Origin: a virus
Taxonomy: Duplodnaviria; Caudoviricetes
IMG/VR virus record: IMGVR_UViG_3300011871_000002
Span: 32,001-96,000 of that record
Direction: 5' to 3' (one strand)
Length of the DNA stretch: 64,000 nucleotides
Shown: positions 58,226-64,000 of the stretch, in pieces
Position numbering within the stretch: the first letter of the stretch is position 1
Layout of the letters: each line of letters opens with the position of its first letter
The notes under the pieces: model-generated
What the model saw: only the letters and a program-made list of their open reading frames with translations
Databases searched by the model: none
What the model was told of the DNA's origin: nothing
Program-made: the position numbers and the translations under genes

Positions 58226-58238
58226 GGACACATATAAC
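58226..58238 (+). promoter_or_regulatory. Putative early promoter GGACACATATAAC
   Basis: Variant motif upstream of chmA. Confidence 0.55.
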
Positions 58239-58325
58239 CTAGGTGAGCATGTAGCACCACACTGCTCTAATAACGTTTGTTTGCGCAAACATAAATCGTT
58301 AAACTAAGTAAAGAGGAAAAAAACC

Positions 58326-60287
58326 ATGGCAATCAAAGACGACAACCAGCCGACCGCACTGGGCGCTGCAATGGCCAATGCAGGCGTGAAGTCGAACAAC
58401 AGCAACCAAGCCGATACCCAGCAATCGTCGAACACCAGCACCGACCAGGGCTTCACCAACACCGGCACCGGCAACAACGGCAAGATGTCCTTCTCCAGCA
58501 TGGGCATGGGCCTGGCGGCACCGATCCCGCTGAGCAACACCAGCGAAACCCTGGGCAAGTTCCAGCGCGCGATCCAGGAAGTGATCGACAGCTACAAGCA
58601 AGACACCGCCGCCGTCCAGACCACCCTGATCCCGGTCGATCGCCACGACGGCGCCATCGGCGTGCCGATCTCGTACCTGATCGTCGCTGTCCAGCTGACC
58701 AAGAACCGCGAGGCCGGCGTCGGCTACCTGCCGCTGATCATCGAAGGTTCGATCGACCCGATCCCCGTCACCGAAGAATACGTGGCCGGCGCCCCCGGCG
58801 GCAAGGTGCAGGTGCTGCGTACCGCAGGCGACGCCGACGTGCCAGCAGTGCGTGAAAAGATCCACAAGATCGTCATGGCGCGTTTCCAGACCGACAAGGC
58901 TTACCCGGCCATCGGCATGGTCGTGCCGCGTGACTTCACCGACAACCTGAACGATCCGCTGGCCCTGAAGAACCTGGCCAGCCGTGCCAGCTACGCTGCC
59001 GCCATCGCGCTGCAAACCCAGCTCGGCACCAAGCCGCTGAACCTGGCCGACTACATCGGCGGCGCCGACACGCTGCAAGCCCGCCTGAGCCTGGACTCGC
59101 GTCCGGTGATGAACCTGTTCAAGCAGCCGGTGCGTTCGGACATGAAGGTCACCGTCGTGTCCGAGCCGGTCGCCAAGCAGCAGGTGCCGGGCTTCAGTGC
59201 CACTGGCGGCACCGAGATCGCCAATACCTCGGCCTTCGTCAACGTGATCTACCAGCCGAAGAACGTGGCACAGTCGATCCCTGGCTTCAGCAGCATGACC
59301 CAGCCGTCGCCGGACATGTACATGAAGTACCTGGCCCGCATCGTGCTGACCGACCTGCGCGCTGAACGTATCCAGACCATCGGCGGCCAGCTGCTGGCCC
59401 TGGTATCGGCCATCTCGCTGCGCAACAACGACCTGTGGAAGGCCGCGTTCCTGCCGCGCCGCGACATCGATCCGAACCAGCTCGACCTGCGTGACGTCGG
59501 CGTGCTGAATCAGGAAGTGAACTTCGGCGGCGACCCGAACGTGCCGGGTCCGGTCATGGACATCAAGGCCGACAGCTTCGGTACCCCGCAGCTGATGACC
59601 TTCCTGCGCGCGATCTTCCATCCGGGCGTCGTGTTCGCAGTGGACGTGTCGCTGCGTGGTCCGGACACCTCGTACAACGGTGTGCTGGCCGCAGCAGACG
59701 ACGGCGATGCCGGCGCGATCGCAGCGATCAAGAACGCCGCGAACGCCCTGACCAACGGCGAGTTCCTGAAGATCTTCCCGGCCAACGGCGAAATCACGCT
59801 GAAGAAAGGTGAAAACATCCACCTGGGCTACTACCGCGCCGCCAACGGCGAAGTGCGTGACCTGCGTGACGTCGACGACTACCTGACCATCATGGCCCTG
59901 TTCGGCAAGTCGGCGCCGAACCTGGTGCGTGACTACTCGGACAGCTACCTGAAGACGGCCTACCCGGAAGCCCAGCGCATGGCTGGCCGCCTGGAAGTCC
60001 TGAAGCAGGCTGCACCGAACCTGGTGGTCACCAGCACTGCCCGCCGCGTCACCTTCGCCGGCGTCTTCATCGATTCGCTGGTGCAAGCTGTCGAGAAAGT
60101 CGGCGCCGCCATGCCGATCACCGGCAACGCCTACCTCGACACCGGCACGGCCGATCGTGCAGTGGGCGACTTCAGCAGCGGCCTGACCAGTGCTGCTTCG
60201 TCCGTCCTGTTCACCCGCGCACCGGTCGGCGGCCAAGCCAACAACAGCGCACCGGGCAACCAGTTCGCTGGCATCTGGCGTCCATAA
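58326..60287 (+). CDS. chmA: Chimallin, major phage-nucleus shell protein
   Basis: 653 aa; disordered N-terminus; PVRSD and LRDVG motifs; extreme codon bias; directly upstream of nvRNAP beta' as for phiKZ gp54/gp55. Confidence 0.85.
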   Translation: MAIKDDNQPTALGAAMANAGVKSNNSNQADTQQSSNTSTDQGFTNTGTGNNGKMSFSSMGMGLAAPIPLSNTSETLGKFQRAIQEVIDSYKQDTAAVQTTLIPVDRHDGAIGVPISYLIVAVQLTKNREAGVGYLPLIIEGSIDPIPVTEEYVAGAPGGKVQVLRTAGDADVPAVREKIHKIVMARFQTDKAYPAIGMVVPRDFTDNLNDPLALKNLASRASYAAAIALQTQLGTKPLNLADYIGGADTLQARLSLDSRPVMNLFKQPVRSDMKVTVVSEPVAKQQVPGFSATGGTEIANTSAFVNVIYQPKNVAQSIPGFSSMTQPSPDMYMKYLARIVLTDLRAERIQTIGGQLLALVSAISLRNNDLWKAAFLPRRDIDPNQLDLRDVGVLNQEVNFGGDPNVPGPVMDIKADSFGTPQLMTFLRAIFHPGVVFAVDVSLRGPDTSYNGVLAAADDGDAGAIAAIKNAANALTNGEFLKIFPANGEITLKKGENIHLGYYRAANGEVRDLRDVDDYLTIMALFGKSAPNLVRDYSDSYLKTAYPEAQRMAGRLEVLKQAAPNLVVTSTARRVTFAGVFIDSLVQAVEKVGAAMPITGNAYLDTGTADRAVGDFSSGLTSAASSVLFTRAPVGGQANNSAPGNQFAGIWRP

Positions 60288-60317
60288 GCTACGGGTTGCA
60301 ATGACGCGTAGTTAAGT

Positions 60318-60352
60318 AAAATAAGGAACCCTTCGGGGTTCCTTATTTTTTT
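60318..60352 (+). terminator. Intrinsic terminator
   Basis: AAAATAAGGAACCC-TTCG-GGGTTCCTTATTTT. Confidence 0.9.
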
Positions 60353-60382
60353 CTATTTTGTATGGACTGACAGGAGAACACT

Positions 60383-61906
60383 TTGGGCGTTGGAATTTCA
60401 CTGGAAAATTTCGATAACCTGCACCGCAACCAAAGTCGTCGGATACGGGTCTACATCAATGATCTCGATAACTCCACCACAGGAGATCGCGAGCGCATTG
60501 AAAAGCTGCTGTGCACACGGTATGACTCCACGGACTTCTTGTCCAATATTCCGTCGTGTGGCTGTGGTAAAACCACGGGTAAATATGCGGAAGGACTGGT
60601 GGGTTTTGTGTGCCCGTTTTGTGGCACCCATGTGACGAACCAGTTGGAGCAGGATCTGGAACCCTTGGTGTGGATACGCGCACCAAAAGGCGTGGACGCA
60701 TTGCCCAATCCGAATTTCTGGATCATGGCAATCGAGCGGTTCAAGCTGAAAGGGTTTGACGTTATTAACTACCTGACGGATCGCACCTACAGGGCAACAG
60801 TTAAAACGCCGATGGAAATTGCACAAGTTGATGCATTGTTGGCGTCGCTCAAGGTCGAGCGCGGCTACAATAACTTCGTGCGCAACTTCGACGCCATCAT
60901 GGATGGTTTGTTGAAGATGAAGGTATTTAAGAAGGGTACCAAGAAGAAGGAAGTGTTCGATGGCTTCCCGATTCTTATCAAGGAACAGCGCGAGTGCTTG
61001 TTTGCGCAGTACCTGCCAGTACCTAACCGGGTACTCTTCGTGCTGGAGAACACGAACCTCGGTGAGTACGGTGACCTGACGATGAATGGTCTCATCGATG
61101 CAGTGAACATGATGACCAACATCGATTCGGACCTGAACATCGTGAAGCCGGCGAAGAAAGAAACGCTGGTGGTCAAGATGGCCAATAGCCTCTGTGCGTT
61201 TTACGACGAGATTTACCGCAATCGTATTTCGCCCAAGGAAGGCTGGTTCCGGAAGCATGTCTTCGGCAGTCGTTCACACTTTAGCTTCCGTGGTGTGATC
61301 GCGTCGCTGACGGACAAACACGACTACGACGAGATCCATGTGTCGTGGGGTATTGGTGTGTCGGTGCTGTCCCTGCACCTGACCAACAAGCTCCTGAAGA
61401 TGGGGTGGAACAATTACGAAATCAACAATCTCCTGTACGAGTACGCCCAGAAATGGCACCCGTTGCTGGACAAGTTGTTCAAGGAACTGATCGACGAAAG
61501 CCCCTACAAGGGTATCCCGGTCATCTTCCAGCGTAATCCATCACTGGAACGCGGCTCCGCGCAAGCCATGTTCATCACGCAGGTTAAGGGTTCGGCAGAA
61601 CGTCCACAGGACGCTGAAATCCCGACGGTGTCAATGAGTATTCTGTCGGTTACCGGCTTTAATGCCGACTTCGATGGCGACCAGCAAAATGGTACGTTGT
61701 CGATTGACCACATGACGACGGAACAACTCGAACGACTGGCACCGCACATGAGTGCTTGTGGTTTCGATGGCGTACGTACGCTGTCACGTAACCTGTCCAT
61801 TCCGAAGACAGTCGTGGCAACGATCGCCAACTGGCTCCACTATAAAGAAGAACCACTGACGGAAGAACAGCAACAAAAAATGGCGCTGATTCCGACACTG
61901 GACTAG
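60383..61906 (+). CDS. Non-virion RNA polymerase beta' subunit (phiKZ gp55-like), uninterrupted
   Basis: CGCG...CPFC zinc site, RKHVFGSR, QRNPSL, FNADFDGD; TTG start with AGGAG RBS. Confidence 0.93.
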   Translation: MGVGISLENFDNLHRNQSRRIRVYINDLDNSTTGDRERIEKLLCTRYDSTDFLSNIPSCGCGKTTGKYAEGLVGFVCPFCGTHVTNQLEQDLEPLVWIRAPKGVDALPNPNFWIMAIERFKLKGFDVINYLTDRTYRATVKTPMEIAQVDALLASLKVERGYNNFVRNFDAIMDGLLKMKVFKKGTKKKEVFDGFPILIKEQRECLFAQYLPVPNRVLFVLENTNLGEYGDLTMNGLIDAVNMMTNIDSDLNIVKPAKKETLVVKMANSLCAFYDEIYRNRISPKEGWFRKHVFGSRSHFSFRGVIASLTDKHDYDEIHVSWGIGVSVLSLHLTNKLLKMGWNNYEINNLLYEYAQKWHPLLDKLFKELIDESPYKGIPVIFQRNPSLERGSAQAMFITQVKGSAERPQDAEIPTVSMSILSVTGFNADFDGDQQNGTLSIDHMTTEQLERLAPHMSACGFDGVRTLSRNLSIPKTVVATIANWLHYKEEPLTEEQQQKMALIPTLD

Positions 61907-61923
61907 CAAAGAGGAGGATTTAA

Positions 61924-62559
61924 ATGTCAAAGTATTCCGGAATGCTGGATGAGTTCGGTGTTCTGGCGTATGCACAGAAGAACCCCGCAACGATTCAGTT
62001 CATGCAGAATCGGTTCAATGAAACGATCACCAACATGGGCCACATGCTCACGGACTATGGTCGATCGTTCATGGAAACGAGTAAGAAGGCATTCGATTAC
62101 GTGGTCGGTTCCGAAGCAATGCGCTTTAGTAGTGGCGTGCTGCGCAAGATGAAGGGACTGTTCGAGCGTAACGAATTCCGTGATCTGGAAACGGTGGCTG
62201 ACATTCAGCAATCGCCCCAGGTCATGCATCGCTGGCTCATGGCGGTACCTGAACTGCGTACCATGTATCTGGATCAACGGGTGTGCGGCTTCGAAGAAAC
62301 GTACGTAAATACCGAGGGCAATGCGGTGGGCGCCGATCAACGCGACTACCGACTCATTAACCACGGCCTCGTGCACGACGACGAAGAACACGGCTGGCGT
62401 CAAAGCTATTACTGCGATGGCATGGAGGAGGTGACGGCGGTGGATCGCGTCCACCCTGACATGAAGTTCACCATCCAGTCGGCTGCGGCGCTGATTCGGC
62501 ATGCGCTCGAACAACCTAACGGTGACGACCCTTCGTCGCCGCTGGGTGATAAACTGTAA
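61924..62559 (+). CDS. Conserved phiKZ-like hypothetical protein
   Basis: 211 aa, GAGGAGG RBS; MHRWLMA.P and C-terminal DPSSP..L. Confidence 0.75.
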   Translation: MSKYSGMLDEFGVLAYAQKNPATIQFMQNRFNETITNMGHMLTDYGRSFMETSKKAFDYVVGSEAMRFSSGVLRKMKGLFERNEFRDLETVADIQQSPQVMHRWLMAVPELRTMYLDQRVCGFEETYVNTEGNAVGADQRDYRLINHGLVHDDEEHGWRQSYYCDGMEEVTAVDRVHPDMKFTIQSAAALIRHALEQPNGDDPSSPLGDKL

Positions 62560-62670
62560 GGGAACCCGAAGAAGCCCCTATTTACCGAAAAACGGTAGAT
62601 AGGGGTTTTTTTTTTTCCTCGATTCTATGAGTCGTTTTCGTTGTTTTCCCTTACTCTTACAGGTGCCTTC

Positions 62671-63087
62671 ATGCCAAAAAATGATGTAGCCACGCTCTCG
62701 CCAGCGGGCTTTCTTTCCACGCCCGCTGAAAAAGCCGACGCCTTGATGGCGCATGCGGCCGCAGCCGACAAAAGCCAAACCCGGCTTTTCGGTAGTCAAG
62801 TCATGAGCCTAGCGTGGTTATTTGAACGCCACAGCGCCGACCTGATGGATTTGACGCAAGCGATCCGACAGGGTTATTCGACCTTGTTTTCCCGGCACTT
62901 TGACGATGTGGATGTCGAGGTGTACATGCAACCGACCCGCGAAAACAATGACAACATCTTGACCTTGCGCTTGTCGATCCGGTTTAGCCAAGACGGTAAG
63001 CGTTATAGCGTTGCCCAAGAACTCTACGGTCTCAACGGTAAATTCCACGGCACGCAAAAAGTCAAAGAACAAGGCCTCACCTCTTAA
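62671..63087 (+). CDS. Conserved hypothetical protein (possible gp25-like sheath-initiator fold)
   Basis: 138 aa from ATG 62671; the fold guess rests only on a helix then three-strand pattern. Confidence 0.55.
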   Translation: MPKNDVATLSPAGFLSTPAEKADALMAHAAAADKSQTRLFGSQVMSLAWLFERHSADLMDLTQAIRQGYSTLFSRHFDDVDVEVYMQPTRENNDNILTLRLSIRFSQDGKRYSVAQELYGLNGKFHGTQKVKEQGLTS

Positions 63088-63111
63088 TGAACTAGAAGAA
63101 AGGATACACGA

Positions 63112-63711
63112 ATGAATCAGCAAGAACAGTTGCGCGATCCGGCGGATGAATTGCGCGAAGAAATGCTCGCGCAATCCTCCGAGCAAATTCACGCCATTGC
63201 CAATAGCTTGGCCAATACCCGCCCCAAGGAACAAGAAAAGACCCGGCTTTACGAACCCATCTTCCGTGATGTGTTCTTGCCGATGTTCCTGAACCAACCC
63301 AATGCGCGTTACCCAGACATCACCGGCGGCAACTGGGTGACCGTGGCCGGTTCGCCGTACATGGAAGTCGACGTCATCGACCAAGCAGGCAAGGTGCTCT
63401 TTACGGTACCACCTTTCATGGAAAATGGCATGGTGCAACCGGTGACGGGCCAGGCCGATACCGACATGAGCTTCGTGGTCAAGCAGGCCCAGCTCTACGA
63501 AAACACCCTGCCCATGGTGGCTGAACGCTACCTGAGCGAAGAATTAACTAAGAGGCTAGACACTATGAAGGGCAATGTCGACACCTCCAAGATGGCCGAA
63601 GCGTGGTTCAAAATCCTCGCACACTACAACATCAAGGTCCAGTCGACGGCGCCGGGCAAGACTCCCGAATCCACTGACCCGACCGACGATTATGAAGAAA
63701 TCGCACCCTGA
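63112..63711 (+). CDS. Conserved phiKZ-like hypothetical protein
   Basis: 199 aa, AAGGA RBS; FLPMF, WVTVAG, VLFTVPP motifs. Confidence 0.75.
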   Translation: MNQQEQLRDPADELREEMLAQSSEQIHAIANSLANTRPKEQEKTRLYEPIFRDVFLPMFLNQPNARYPDITGGNWVTVAGSPYMEVDVIDQAGKVLFTVPPFMENGMVQPVTGQADTDMSFVVKQAQLYENTLPMVAERYLSEELTKRLDTMKGNVDTSKMAEAWFKILAHYNIKVQSTAPGKTPESTDPTDDYEEIAP

Positions 63712-64000
63712 GCTTTACATCGTGAATATTGGCGATGTGCACCTGCTGCATCGCCAAACATCCACCGAGCATATCCTCAGTAATCTAAACCAAGTCTTGG
63801 CCGATCCCGTGGAAACTGCCAAGATCGATATGCTGTGTTTTACCGGAGACATCTTCGATACCCGAGGAAGTTTGTCTGACCCCGCTGTTCCCCGCATCAA
63901 TGAATGGATCGCCAACACCTTGAAGAAGGCGAAACAACATGACATCGTGGTGCGCGTGCTCAAGGGCACGCCACTACATGACTGGGAGCAATCCCAGTTG
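63692..64000 (+). CDS. SbcD/Mre11-like metallophosphoesterase nuclease, 3'-truncated (absent from the ORF track)
   Basis: Manual translation MKKSHPELYIVNIGDVHL...FTGDIFD...LKGTPLHDW shows DxH, GDxFD and G-x-x-x-HD motifs. Confidence 0.85.
   Translation, partial: MKKSHPELYIVNIGDVHLLHRQTSTEHILSNLNQVLADPVETAKIDMLCFTGDIFDTRGSLSDPAVPRINEWIANTLKKAKQHDIVVRVLKGTPLHDWEQSQL

Noticed and set aside
1-64000. Alternative genetic code
   Set aside because: Core genes are full length under the standard code and all three stop codons are used

Overview
This window comes from a nucleus-forming, phiKZ-like jumbo phage (Chimalliviridae). Left part: a giant tail-associated protein with a C-terminal lytic transglycosylase (phiKZ gp181-like), the virion RNA polymerase beta' and beta subunits, the prohead protease, tail tube and sheath, three structural genes and the large terminase. 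The beta gene is split by a group I intron (14642-16053) that carries an HNH endonuclease in its P1 loop. Right part: an accessory/early region, PhuZ tubulin, a tandem array of small paralogs, the family B DNA polymerase catalytic subunit, chimallin, the non-virion RNAP beta' subunit and the start of an SbcD/Mre11-like nuclease. Two free-standing GIY-YIG endonucleases are also present. The most notable items are: (1) a catalytically intact, TnpA-less TnpB whose predicted guide appears to rebuild the phage's own early-promoter site, suggesting an RNA-guided homing or phage-competition nuclease; (2) a 104-nt tRNA-like RNA with the anticodon loop replaced by a GNRA-capped hairpin, at the end of a cluster of structured RNAs; (3) a further structured ncRNA candidate upstream of the DNA polymerase; (4) recurrent CGGCATAA/TTATGCCG-clamped hairpins and an AACCACATATCAC promoter motif. 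All family assignments rest on motif recognition and recalled synteny; no database searches or folding programs were run, and phiKZ gene numbers are approximate.
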